Source: Candidatus Kapaibacterium sp. | GTDB lineage: Bacteria > Bacteroidota > Ignavibacteria > Kapaibacteriales > UBA2268 | Assembly (NCBI GenBank): GCA_013414795.1 | Contig: CP058732.1 | Span: 2,331,737 to 2,395,736, forward strand | DNA: 64,000 bases | Direction: 5' to 3' | In this document: positions 47,945 through 57,817 of the stretch, one piece after another | Layout: each line of letters starts with the position of its first letter | Numbering within the stretch: the stretch's first letter is position 1 | Made by a program: the position numbers and the translations under genes | Notes under the pieces: model-generated | Database searches by the model: none | What the model was told of the DNA's origin: nothing | The model's input: only the letters and a program-made list of their open reading frames with translations

Positions 47945-48517
47945 ATGGAAACTGGTGTTTTTCTGATAGTTGCTGTATTCGTTGCATTTGCATTGGGGCT
48001 CGATGCTTTTTCGGTCGCAGTTAGCGCCGGAGTGTTTTACAAAAAGGCTACACCCAAACAAAAATTTCGCCTAACATTCCACTTCGGACTTTTCCAATTT
48101 ATTATGCCTTTGATTGGCTGGGTTGTTGGAGAAGAGACAATTGGTATTTTGCAAGACTACGACCATTGGGTTGCTTTCATTATTTTGTCTTTGCTCGGTG
48201 TTAAAATCATTTATGAATCTCAAAAAAGCAAAAAGAAAGTGCAAACAGATATTTCGCGTGGTTTGAAACTTGTTGGATTGTCGATTGCAACAAGTTTGGA
48301 TGCTTTTGCTGTTGGGTTTAGCCTTTCATTGATTGATGGTCAGATATTGTTTATGTCGATAATTATTGGTGCTGTTGCTGCCGCGATGACCTACATTGGA
48401 ATTTTGATTGGAGAACGGCTTTCGATTCGTTTCGAAAAATACGCTGGAATTGTTGGCGGAACGATTCTTATTTTAATTGGAATTCAAATTGTATTAAATC
48501 ATATTGGGGTGGTATAA
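47945..48517 (+). CDS. mntP: manganese efflux pump MntP
   Basis: Two DUF204 repeats with GLDAFSVAVSAG and SLDAFAVGFS, six TM helices. Confidence 0.8.
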   Translation: METGVFLIVAVFVAFALGLDAFSVAVSAGVFYKKATPKQKFRLTFHFGLFQFIMPLIGWVVGEETIGILQDYDHWVAFIILSLLGVKIIYESQKSKKKVQTDISRGLKLVGLSIATSLDAFAVGFSLSLIDGQILFMSIIIGAVAAAMTYIGILIGERLSIRFEKYAGIVGGTILILIGIQIVLNHIGVV

Positions 48518-49774
48518 ATGAAAAGGATTGGTGTTTATATGTTTGTATTGTTTACATTTATTGTAAACCAAACTTCCTTTTCTACCCCCGAGGCGTATAA
48601 AAACGTTCTTTCCAAAACTGGAACCTACGAAATTGCTAATATCGCTGTGAAAGAGATTATACCCAAATTCAAATTTCTTCTTTCGACCATACCAGATAGC
48701 ATATGGATTGAGTACGAAACGAAATACGATTCGGTTAAACTCTCAATGAAAATCGAAGAGCAAATACAAAAGTTTATCTCATCGGAAAATATTTCTTCCT
48801 ATGAAACGCTTGCAAACGAGTTAATGAAAAATTATCGTAGCGTTGATATTCCCGCTTTCGAGTACTTTCAAAGCAAAATGGATTCAATTCAACTACTTAT
48901 TACCCGTTTGGATACCCTTGAAAATTATCTACGAAACGAGAACTCTTCTAAATTTTTGCCTTTTGAAATTTTTATCCAAGATGTAGACAGCACTAACAAT
49001 TTAGAGTTAAAAATTTATTCCGAGGAAAGCAAAGATACTATACTTATTACCCCAAATAACCTCCAAGATTTATTTTCATATTTATTAAGTTCGTTTATAA
49101 GCAAAGATTCTGCTTTGCTTAAAAATGCAAATTTGATTAATAGAGAATTCCTTACGAATCTAAAAAATTCTATTTCGTTTGTGGATTCAATGAATAAAAT
49201 ACTGTACTCGATGTTAAATTCTGATTCCTTTATTAAGAGTAAAATTTTATTCCGCGACTCATTATTCAAAATAACATTGGATAGTCTTGACGAAATAATT
49301 TCTGAAAGTCAAAAATATTTAGAAAATTCCACGAAGTATTATAAACTTTTCCAAGAATATTTGGACAAAAGTTTAGGAATTTGGAAAAACTATTTTGAAT
49401 TGTACACAAAATATTGGGACGAACTTTTGAAACAAAAAGGAAAAAAAGACAAGGAAATTGAGAAAAAATATCAAAAGAAAATGAAAGAATTGGAAAAAAA
49501 GATGAAGCAACTGGAAAATGAATACAGACGTAAATTCAAAGAACTTGAAGGAACATATAATTCATCGACAAAAAGAAATAATCTGGGAAAAATGCGACAG
49601 AACGAAACATTCGATACCAAAAGTACGATTACTTTACCAGAACTTAAACAGTTGGTTGAAAATCACTACAAGTTTGTAAACAGTTTAATCGTATTGAAGA
49701 AACAAATTGAAATGGAAATTTTAAAAGACTTAAAAGAAAAAGGATATATTGTTGTCGAAGTACCACAAAATTGA
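48518..49774 (+). CDS. hypothetical secreted protein with Lys/Glu-rich coiled-coil C-terminal region
   Basis: Signal peptide MKRIGVYMFVLFTFIVNQTSFS. Its ATG directly abuts the mntP stop (TAAATG). No recognisable catalytic motif. Confidence 0.45.
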   Translation: MKRIGVYMFVLFTFIVNQTSFSTPEAYKNVLSKTGTYEIANIAVKEIIPKFKFLLSTIPDSIWIEYETKYDSVKLSMKIEEQIQKFISSENISSYETLANELMKNYRSVDIPAFEYFQSKMDSIQLLITRLDTLENYLRNENSSKFLPFEIFIQDVDSTNNLELKIYSEESKDTILITPNNLQDLFSYLLSSFISKDSALLKNANLINREFLTNLKNSISFVDSMNKILYSMLNSDSFIKSKILFRDSLFKITLDSLDEIISESQKYLENSTKYYKLFQEYLDKSLGIWKNYFELYTKYWDELLKQKGKKDKEIEKKYQKKMKELEKKMKQLENEYRRKFKELEGTYNSSTKRNNLGKMRQNETFDTKSTITLPELKQLVENHYKFVNSLIVLKKQIEMEILKDLKEKGYIVVEVPQN

Positions 49775-50994
49775 GAATTGCTATGGAAAAAGACCCTGCG
49801 ATGCAAATCCAGGATTACTGGGTATTTGGTGAGTACGGAGGCGTTAACCCATCGATTGAAGATGCCTCCACTTTTACCTTCCTATCAGCAGAAAAGATGC
49901 AAGAACTCTTTCAACACGAAGTTGAAGGATGTTTCCTCTATTCGCGGCATTTAAACCCAACTGTTCACTACCTTGCACAATCTCTTGCTTTACTCGAAGG
50001 AACCGAGTACGCCCAGATTACTGCTTCTGGTATGGCTGCAATAAGCTGTGCTATTCTTCAAATTTGCTCTTCTGGCGACGAAATCATTTCAAGTCGTACA
50101 ATTTACGGCGGGACTTACGCTTTGTTCAAAAACTTCTTCCCAAAATTCAACATTACTACCCATTTTGTTAATATTCTGGATATTGACGCTATCAAAAAGA
50201 AAATCACCCCACGCACAAAGGTACTTTACACAGAAAGTATTAGCAATCCTTTGCTCGAAGTTGCAAATATCCCCGAATTGAGTAAACTTGCAAAAGAGCA
50301 CAATTTGACCTTGATTGTCGACAACACATTTAGTCCGATGATTTTGCAACCACACAAGCACGGAGCCGACATCGTTGTCCATAGTTTAACAAAGTTCATC
50401 AATGGGGCAAGCGATTGCGTTGGCGGTGCGATTTGTGCTCGGCACGACTTTGTAACAAGTTTGAAAGATGTCCATTCTGGCGCGGCGATGCTTCTTGGAC
50501 CGACGATGGACTCAATTCGTGCTGCTGGAATTTTGAAGAATTTGAGAACTTTACACATAAGAATAAAGCAGCATAGCAAAAACGCACAATTTATTGCCGA
50601 AAAATTGCAAGAACTTGGCTTCCGCGTATTTTATCCTGGCTTACCCAACCATCCACAACACGAACTTATGAAGCAGTTGATGAACCAAGAATACGGCTTC
50701 GGAGGAATGCTTACATTCGATTGCAAATCACCAGAAAATGCAAATTCTTTAATGCTAAAAATGCAAGAAAACAAAGTTGGCTACTTTGCTGTTAGCCTTG
50801 GTTTTTATAAAACTTTGTTCAGTGCTCCGGGATTAAGTACTTCGAGCGAAATTCCGCCAGAAGAACAGGAACAGATCGGGCTATCTCCCGGCTTGGTTCG
50901 AATGTCTGTTGGCTTGGATAATCACATTGAAGAAACCTGGGAGCGTATTGTAAAGTCAATCAAGGAAGTATGTCCAAATATGATTCTTGCTTAG
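49771..50994 (+). CDS. Cys/Met-metabolism PLP-dependent enzyme (methionine gamma-lyase / cystathionine beta-lyase family)
   Basis: The gamma-family fold with PLP-lysine motif SLTKFINGASD, about 400 aa. Overlaps the upstream gene by 4 nt. Confidence 0.7.
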   Translation: MRIAMEKDPAMQIQDYWVFGEYGGVNPSIEDASTFTFLSAEKMQELFQHEVEGCFLYSRHLNPTVHYLAQSLALLEGTEYAQITASGMAAISCAILQICSSGDEIISSRTIYGGTYALFKNFFPKFNITTHFVNILDIDAIKKKITPRTKVLYTESISNPLLEVANIPELSKLAKEHNLTLIVDNTFSPMILQPHKHGADIVVHSLTKFINGASDCVGGAICARHDFVTSLKDVHSGAAMLLGPTMDSIRAAGILKNLRTLHIRIKQHSKNAQFIAEKLQELGFRVFYPGLPNHPQHELMKQLMNQEYGFGGMLTFDCKSPENANSLMLKMQENKVGYFAVSLGFYKTLFSAPGLSTSSEIPPEEQEQIGLSPGLVRMSVGLDNHIEETWERIVKSIKEVCPNMILA

Positions 50995-51010
50995 TGTCGA
51001 AAGCATCAGA

Positions 51011-51715
51011 ATGGATATTATTATCGAGGCAAAAGGTTTAAAGAAAACATTCGAAAAGGATAAAAAAGGAAAAGTCGAAGTAATTCGCGGCGTTGATTTA
51101 AATGTTGTCCGTGGAGAGTATCTTTGCATAATGGGACCATCGGGCGTGGGCAAAACTACGCTTCTCTATATTTTAAGTTCATTGGACAAACCCGACGAGG
51201 GCTCTGTTCTTTACTTTATAAACGGAACTTCTTTTGAGATTTTTAATAAAACCAACGATGAACTTGCTCGATTGCGAAACCAAAAAATTGGTTTTATATT
51301 CCAATTTCATCATCTTCTACCGGAATTTACAGCAATTGAAAATGTTGCTCTACCAGCAATCATCGGGGGAGTGAAGGAAAAAGTTGCATTTACCAAAGCC
51401 AAACAATTGTTAATTGACTTGGGACTTGAAGGGCAAATAAACAACAAGCCATCTGAACTTTCGGGCGGTGAACAACAAAGAGTTGCGATAGCACGTGCTT
51501 TAATTAACAATCCAGAAATTGTTTTTGCCGACGAACCCACTGGAAATCTGGATACCAACACTGCGAGAACTGTGTTAAATCTTATGGCTTCTTTCCAAAA
51601 AAAGTTAGGAATTACTTTTATCGTAGCAACACACAGCAATGAGGTAGCCAATTACGGCGACAGAATTGCTTTTATGAAAGATGGAAAAATTGTTGAAATA
51701 AGGGGGAGGGCATAG
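51011..51715 (+). CDS. ABC transporter ATP-binding protein, LolD/MacB-type (no adjacent permease)
   Basis: Walker A GPSGVGKTT, signature LSGGEQQRVAIARAL, Walker B VFADEPTGNLD. Confidence 0.85.
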   Translation: MDIIIEAKGLKKTFEKDKKGKVEVIRGVDLNVVRGEYLCIMGPSGVGKTTLLYILSSLDKPDEGSVLYFINGTSFEIFNKTNDELARLRNQKIGFIFQFHHLLPEFTAIENVALPAIIGGVKEKVAFTKAKQLLIDLGLEGQINNKPSELSGGEQQRVAIARALINNPEIVFADEPTGNLDTNTARTVLNLMASFQKKLGITFIVATHSNEVANYGDRIAFMKDGKIVEIRGRA

Positions 51716-51762
51716 ATTTATACTTAATTTTGTACTTCTTGTTGTGTTAAATTTTTGTTAAG

Positions 51763-52935
51763 ATGCGAAAAAAAATTTTGTTGGTGCTTCACCGTATACC
51801 CTATCCCCCAGTAGGTGGTGACAACATTACTAATTTTAATACTGTAAAGATACTAAATAAGTATTTCGACTTGGACATAGTCGTTGTTACCTACGAGGAT
51901 TACTCGAAAGAAGCCGAAGAGTTTTTAAAAAACCATTCTATTTCTTGTAAAATTTTTAAATACCCACTATGGAAATGTAAACAAAACGCTTTAAAAACAT
52001 TACTCAATTTCAAACCATTCCAAGTAAACTTTTTCTATTTTAAGGAAGTACAAAAGTATATCAATTCAATCGTCGACGATGCAGATTTGATTTTTGCTGG
52101 AATCATTCGAATTGCTGATTATCTATACCACTTCGGCAAACCAAAAATTTTAAATATGGCAGACAGCATTGGTTTAAATTACAAATATTCATATCGAAGA
52201 ACCAAATCGCTTTTTTGGAAAATTTTTTATTTCCTTGAATATCCCCTAATGCTTCGATACGAAAGGAAAATGATTGAAAAGTTCGACCGAACACTAATGT
52301 TTAATCAAAGAGAAATAGAATATTTCAGTTCATCAAAGATAATCAAAATTCCACAAGGGGTAAAGCCCGAGTTGCTAACCTATGAGAAAGAAGACCCGCA
52401 ATACAAAAATTACATTTCCTACTTTGGAAAGATGAATTACCGCCCGAATGTTGATGCAGTTCTATGGTTCGTCCACAATGTCTTTCCCTACTTACCCCAA
52501 GAGTTATATTTCCAAATTATAGGTGCCAACCCAGTCCCAGAAATTATGGAATTGCAAAACTTCTCACCAAGAATAAAAGTTTTGGGATTTGTTGAAGACC
52601 CATATCTTCTTTTGAAATCGAGCCTTTGTACAGTAGCCCCAATGCAAACTGGCGGTGGAATTCAAAACAAGATACTCGAAACTATGGCTCTTGGAACAAT
52701 CGTTATCACAACACCCTATTCTGCATTTCCTATTGCAAGCAAAGAAGACAACGCCTTATTGATAGCCGAAAAGCCAGAGGAGTGGATTTCTTTAATTAAT
52801 GACATTTATAAAACGCCAGACAAGTATCAAAATATTAAACAGAATTCCAGAGAATACATAAAATCACATTTCACATTCGAAAAGTTTGAAGAAAAACTGC
52901 TCGATGTCATCGAAGAAGTAATATCAAAAAAATAA
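51763..52935 (+). CDS. glycosyltransferase family 4 (GT-B, group 1)
   Basis: C-terminal GT1 motif GGIQNKILETMALGTIVITT and an N-terminal GT4-like domain. Confidence 0.7.
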   Translation: MRKKILLVLHRIPYPPVGGDNITNFNTVKILNKYFDLDIVVVTYEDYSKEAEEFLKNHSISCKIFKYPLWKCKQNALKTLLNFKPFQVNFFYFKEVQKYINSIVDDADLIFAGIIRIADYLYHFGKPKILNMADSIGLNYKYSYRRTKSLFWKIFYFLEYPLMLRYERKMIEKFDRTLMFNQREIEYFSSSKIIKIPQGVKPELLTYEKEDPQYKNYISYFGKMNYRPNVDAVLWFVHNVFPYLPQELYFQIIGANPVPEIMELQNFSPRIKVLGFVEDPYLLLKSSLCTVAPMQTGGGIQNKILETMALGTIVITTPYSAFPIASKEDNALLIAEKPEEWISLINDIYKTPDKYQNIKQNSREYIKSHFTFEKFEEKLLDVIEEVISKK

Positions 52936-52956
52936 AAAAGGGGGCTTTTTGCCCCC
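52934..52956 (-). terminator. rho-independent terminator (serves icd on minus strand; also closes the GT4 gene)
   Basis: gggggc ttttt gccccc hairpin preceded by aaaaaa on the plus strand, which is the U run for the minus-strand transcript. Confidence 0.7.
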
Positions 52957-52991
52957 AGGATTACAACAAGATTACAAGATGAAACAGTTTA

Positions 52992-54263
52992 CTATTCATC
53001 CATATTTTCAATAATTGCAGAGCCAAACTCCGAAGTTTTCAACAAAGTCGCACCTTCCATCAAACGATGGAAATCATAAGTAACCCTCTTTTGTTTAATT
53101 GTTCGTTCCAAGCCTTTTATAATCAAATCGGCAGCCTCTTGCCAGCCCATATATTCCAACATCATAACACCCGAAAGAATTACCGAGCCGGGGTTAACTT
53201 TGTCTTGGTTTGCGTAGCGAGGAGCAGTTCCGTGCGTGGCTTCAAAGATTGCGTGGCCAGTGACGAAGTTAATGTTTGCCCCGGGTGCAATTCCAATTCC
53301 ACCGACGACGGCAGCGGCTGCGTCGGAAATGTAGTCTCCGTTTAGGTTCAAAGTGCAAATCACAGAATACTCATTGGGTCGAGTAAGAATTTGTTGCAAG
53401 AAGGCATCAGCGATGAAATCTTTAACGAGCAGTTTGCCTTTGGCAAGTTCTTCGGCTTGGATACGGTTTGCTTCTTCCTCGCCTTTTTCGGCTTTAATCT
53501 GGTCGTATTGCCTCCAAGTGAAAACTTTGTCGCCAAATTCTTGTTCTGCAACGTCGTAGCCCCAATTCTTAAACGCACCTTCGGTGAATTTCATAATATT
53601 GCCTTTGTGTACGAATGTTACCGAGGGTAGTTTGCGTTTAAGAGCATACTCTATTGCAGCACGTGCAATTCGCTTGGAACCTTCTTCCGAAACTGGTTTT
53701 ATACCAATGGAGGATGTCTCTGGGAAACGAATTTTGGTAACTCCCATTTCTTCTTGTAGAAATTTTATAACTTTTTTAACCTCGGGAGTTCCTGCCATCC
53801 ATTCTATTCCAGCATAAATATCCTCTGAATTTTCACGGAAAATTACCATATTCATTAGTTCTGGTCTTTTCACCGGGGAAGGAACACCTTCGAAATACCG
53901 CACTGGACGCAAGCAAACATACAAATCGAGAAGTTGACGCAAAGCCACATTTAACGAACGAATTCCGCCGCCGACTGGGGTTGTCAACGGTCCTTTTATT
54001 CCGACTATGTACTCTTTAAATGTGTCAAGAGTTTCTTGCGGAAGCCATTCGCCTTTCAAATTATAGGCTTTTTCGCCGGCATAAACTTCGAGCCAATGAA
54101 TTTTCCTTTTTCCTTTATATGCTTTCTCGACAGCAGCATCAAACACTCGGACGCTTGCCCGCCAGATATCCGGACCAGTGCCATCGCCCTCGATAAATGG
54201 AATAATTGGCTCGTCGGGAACTACAAGTTTCCCGTTCTGCATTGTAATTTTTGAACCAGCCAT
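52992..54263 (-). CDS. icd: NADP-dependent isocitrate dehydrogenase
   Basis: Prokaryotic-type IDH with [15 protein letters not shown]... and [12 protein letters not shown]. Start placed at MAGSKIT (ATG at 54263). Confidence 0.85.
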   Translation of the reverse strand: MAGSKITMQNGKLVVPDEPIIPFIEGDGTGPDIWRASVRVFDAAVEKAYKGKRKIHWLEVYAGEKAYNLKGEWLPQETLDTFKEYIVGIKGPLTTPVGGGIRSLNVALRQLLDLYVCLRPVRYFEGVPSPVKRPELMNMVIFRENSEDIYAGIEWMAGTPEVKKVIKFLQEEMGVTKIRFPETSSIGIKPVSEEGSKRIARAAIEYALKRKLPSVTFVHKGNIMKFTEGAFKNWGYDVAEQEFGDKVFTWRQYDQIKAEKGEEEANRIQAEELAKGKLLVKDFIADAFLQQILTRPNEYSVICTLNLNGDYISDAAAAVVGGIGIAPGANINFVTGHAIFEATHGTAPRYANQDKVNPGSVILSGVMMLEYMGWQEAADLIIKGLERTIKQKRVTYDFHRLMEGATLLKTSEFGSAIIENMDE

Positions 54264-54505
54264 TTTTAAACTCAAATTATTATACAAACGAAATTGCAAT
54301 TTACTAAATAATAATTTCTAACAAAGATAAAAACTTAACTGTTAAGCAACTTATTGAATACAAAAATTTTTTAATTTTTCTATTTTTGAGCAATTTCATT
54401 ATTTAACAATCATCTGGAAGTAAATCAAAATTGAAATACAGTTTGTATTTGTTTTTAAAAAGTGATAATTTAAATATTTTCTTATTTAAACAAAAAGAAT
54501 TTGTT

Positions 54506-56008
54506 ATGATAAAGAAAATTCTGGTCGCCAACCGCAGCGAAATTGCTTGCAGAGTAATCAAAGCCTGCAAAGAACTTGGAATTAAAACCGTTGCGGTATA
54601 TTCCGATATCGATAAACACGCACTCCACACACTTCTTGCAGACGAGTCTGTTTACATAGGGGAATCGCCACCATTGAAATCCTATTTGAATATGGAAGCA
54701 ATAATTGAAGCAGCGAAGAAAACAAATTGCGATGCAATACATCCGGGTTATGGCTTTCTTTCGGAACGAGCCGAATTCAACCGTATGGTTCGCGACGCAG
54801 GGTTAATTTTCATCGGCTCCTCGCCCGAGTCAATGGAATTGCTGGGTTCGAAAGTTCGCTCGCGAATAACAATGATGGAATCTGGTGTTCCCGTTATTCC
54901 CGGAATGAAATCTGCCTGCAAAGATATTTCTATCTTTGTCGCCGAGGCACAAAAACTCGGCTATCCAGTCCTGGTTAAAGCGTCCGACGGCGGCGGTGGA
55001 AAAGGAATGAGAATTGTCCATTCTGAAAACGAATTGGAAGACGCTGTGAACTCGGCAATGCGAGAATCTATCTCGGCATTCAAAAGCGATGCAATTTATC
55101 TGGAAAAATATATTGAATCACCACGACATATCGAGTTCCAAGTCGCTGCGGATAACTACGGAAATGCTGTTTATCTTTTCGAGAGGGAATGCTCAATCCA
55201 ACGCAGACACCAAAAAATAATTGAAGAAACCCCATCTGTTGCCCTCGACCCAGAGTTGCGAAAAAGAATGGGCGAAGCCGCGGTCCGAGCCATTAAAGCC
55301 GCGGGTTACACCAATTTAGGAACAGTAGAGTTTCTTTTGGACAAAAACAAAAACTTTTACTTCCTCGAAGTAAATGCTCGCATTCAAGTCGAACATCCAA
55401 TAACGGAACTAACAACTGGCGTGGATTTGGTTAAACTGCAAATACATATAGCCAACGGTGGGGAATTGCCATTCCGACAAGAGGATTTGGAGCAAAAAGG
55501 TCACGCAATCGAGTGCCGAATTTACGCCGAAGATGCTGAAAACAATTTCTTACCATCAAGCGGAAAGATACTTTACTTGCGGGAACCAACCGGACCTGGA
55601 ATTCGCTTCGACTCTGGTATTTACATTGGTTCGGAAGTTCCTATTTTCTACGACCCGATACTTGCGAAGTTAATCGTTTGGGGCAAAGATAGAGAAGAGG
55701 CAAGGTTGAGAATGATAAATGCATTGAAAAACACAGTGATACTTGGAACAAAAACATCAATTGGTTTTATGATAAAAGTGCTTGAGCATTCGGAATGGAT
55801 TGCTGGTAGAACATACACGAACTTTATCGAAGAGCATTTTGGAAAAAGTTACACAGCCAACGAGGAACTATTGAAATTTGCTCTTGCTGGTGCATTTTAC
55901 TCATTCAGGAACCAAAAGAAAATGGTTGTTTCTTCGAAAACCAAAGAAGAAATTCCATCTCCTTGGCAAACTCTTGGACGTTGGGAAATTGCAATGAGCA
56001 AACATTAG
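54506..56008 (+). CDS. biotin carboxylase subunit of a biotin-dependent carboxylase (AccC-like, ~500 aa with C-terminal extension)
   Basis: MIKKILVANRSEIACRVIKACKELGI..., ATP-grasp, and a biotin-carboxylase C domain. Start at the ATG at 54506. Confidence 0.85.
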   Translation: MIKKILVANRSEIACRVIKACKELGIKTVAVYSDIDKHALHTLLADESVYIGESPPLKSYLNMEAIIEAAKKTNCDAIHPGYGFLSERAEFNRMVRDAGLIFIGSSPESMELLGSKVRSRITMMESGVPVIPGMKSACKDISIFVAEAQKLGYPVLVKASDGGGGKGMRIVHSENELEDAVNSAMRESISAFKSDAIYLEKYIESPRHIEFQVAADNYGNAVYLFERECSIQRRHQKIIEETPSVALDPELRKRMGEAAVRAIKAAGYTNLGTVEFLLDKNKNFYFLEVNARIQVEHPITELTTGVDLVKLQIHIANGGELPFRQEDLEQKGHAIECRIYAEDAENNFLPSSGKILYLREPTGPGIRFDSGIYIGSEVPIFYDPILAKLIVWGKDREEARLRMINALKNTVILGTKTSIGFMIKVLEHSEWIAGRTYTNFIEEHFGKSYTANEELLKFALAGAFYSFRNQKKMVVSSKTKEEIPSPWQTLGRWEIAMSKH

Positions 56009-56016
56009 GAGGATTT

Positions 56017-56508
56017 ATGAAACTATCCTACAAAGGAAAAATATTGGATGTAGAATCTGAAAATGGTTTACTTAAAGTCGATGGAACAACAACACCAGTC
56101 GAAATCGAAAAATGCTCTGAAAATATTTTGAAAATTAAATTAGACGGGTTCGAACGCACTGTCTACATCGCAAACGACAACAAATATGCATATGTTTTTA
56201 TTGATGGCGAACAATACACTTTCCAACAAATTGACGAGTCAATCGAAATCGATGAAACGAGAGCCGAAACTGTTAAAAACGAGGAGCAAATAAAACCACC
56301 GATGCCCGGAAGCGTTGTAAAATTGCTTGTTCAGCAAGGGCAAAGCGTTGAAGAAGGAGCCCCAATCATTGTTGTCGAAGCAATGAAGATGGAAATCACT
56401 CTCTACTCCTCAATAAGTGGCGTTGTTACCGAAATCAATGTAGAGCCGGGGCAACAAGTCGACTCCGACAAAACACTGGTTGTTATCAAACGAAATGAAA
56501 ATGCTTAA
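56017..56508 (+). CDS. biotin carboxyl carrier protein
   Basis: An AGGAGG RBS precedes the ATG at 56017. C-terminal biotinyl domain with VVEAMKMEI. Confidence 0.8.
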   Translation: MKLSYKGKILDVESENGLLKVDGTTTPVEIEKCSENILKIKLDGFERTVYIANDNKYAYVFIDGEQYTFQQIDESIEIDETRAETVKNEEQIKPPMPGSVVKLLVQQGQSVEEGAPIIVVEAMKMEITLYSSISGVVTEINVEPGQQVDSDKTLVVIKRNENA

Positions 56509-56543
56509 TTTTGTTTTTTGTCAAATAAAAAGAATTCAAGATT

Positions 56544-57785
56544 ATGAAAATTCACGAGTATCAAGCAAAGGAACTATTGAGAAAATTTAATGTTCCAGTA
56601 CCTTTCGGTCGCCCAGTTTTTACAAGCGAAGAGGCGGGAAGAATTGCATATAATGAATTTGAAACGCAAGGCAAAAATCTGGTGGTTGTAAAAGCCCAGG
56701 TTTTTGCTGGTGGACGTGGAAAAGGCATAGTCTACGACCCGGAAACAAACCAGCCAATGATGCTTTTCGACAAGGAAGTTCGTGGAGTAAACGTTGTAAC
56801 CGGCGATAACATTGCCGACAAAGTTTACCAATATGCTGTAAAGATGCTTGGGAAAAAACTCGTAACTGTACAAACTGGCGAGGCGGGAACGATTATTCGA
56901 AAAATTTACCTCGAAGAAGGTTCTTCGATTGCAAAAGAGTTCTATGCTGGAATCGTACTCGACCGTAATGTTGGCAGAAACACAATTATGGTTTCGACCG
57001 AGGGTGGTGTTGAAATCGAAAAAGTTGCCGAGGAATCGCCAGAAAAGATTTTAAAAGAATGGATTAATCCGGCGATTGGTTTTCAAGCCTACCAGGCACG
57101 AAGGCTTGCCTTTGGATTGGGACTTTCTGGGGAAGCCTTCAAAAGTTTCATTTACTTCATAACACAACTCGTCAAAGCATACGAGGAACTTGATTGCAGC
57201 CTTCTCGAAATAAATCCATTGGTATTGACAACCGATGGCAAAATGATTGCACTCGACGCTAAAATCAATTTTGACGATAATGCTTTGTTCCGCCATCCAG
57301 AGTATGCAGAACTACGCGATATCGCCGAAGAAGACCCACTCGAAGTCGAGGCATCGAAATACGACTTGAACTATATCAAACTCGACGGCAACGTTGGCTG
57401 TATGGTAAATGGCGCCGGTCTTGCAATGGCAACAATGGATTTGATACAACTTTCCGGCGGGAAACCAGCGAACTTCCTCGATGTTGGCGGAGGGGCAAAC
57501 GTCGAAAGAATTTCCAATGCATTTCGAATTATGGTTTCCGACCCAAATGTAAAAGCGGTTTTAATAAACATTTTCGGCGGCATTGTTCGTTGCGATAAGG
57601 TTGCAAACGGTATAGTTGAAGCATTAAAAAATGTCGATGTAAAAGTTCCAGTGATTGTTCGTCTCGACGGTACTAATGCCGAGGAAGGTTTGAATATCCT
57701 TCGAAATTCACCATTGCAATTCCGAGTTGCTCGAACATTTGAGGAAGCAGCAAAAACCGTTACGGAAGTAGTTCGAAGTTTGTAA
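56544..57785 (+). CDS. sucC: succinate--CoA ligase (ADP-forming) beta subunit-family protein
   Basis: MKIHEYQAKELLRKF..., ATP-grasp, and a C-terminal CoA-ligase domain (GNVGCMVNGAGLAMATMD, NIFGGIVRCD). No alpha-subunit gene follows. Confidence 0.75.
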   Translation: MKIHEYQAKELLRKFNVPVPFGRPVFTSEEAGRIAYNEFETQGKNLVVVKAQVFAGGRGKGIVYDPETNQPMMLFDKEVRGVNVVTGDNIADKVYQYAVKMLGKKLVTVQTGEAGTIIRKIYLEEGSSIAKEFYAGIVLDRNVGRNTIMVSTEGGVEIEKVAEESPEKILKEWINPAIGFQAYQARRLAFGLGLSGEAFKSFIYFITQLVKAYEELDCSLLEINPLVLTTDGKMIALDAKINFDDNALFRHPEYAELRDIAEEDPLEVEASKYDLNYIKLDGNVGCMVNGAGLAMATMDLIQLSGGKPANFLDVGGGANVERISNAFRIMVSDPNVKAVLINIFGGIVRCDKVANGIVEALKNVDVKVPVIVRLDGTNAEEGLNILRNSPLQFRVARTFEEAAKTVTEVVRSL

Positions 57786-57817
57786 TAAACTGGAATATTT
57801 TTGATAAAAAAATTCAT

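Noticed and set aside
56544-57785. ATP-citrate lyase beta subunit (AclB) interpretation of the SucC-like gene
   Set aside because: No AclA-like large-subunit gene follows, and the N-terminal sequence aligns closely with bacterial SucC. Kept as a hypothesis only in the findings.
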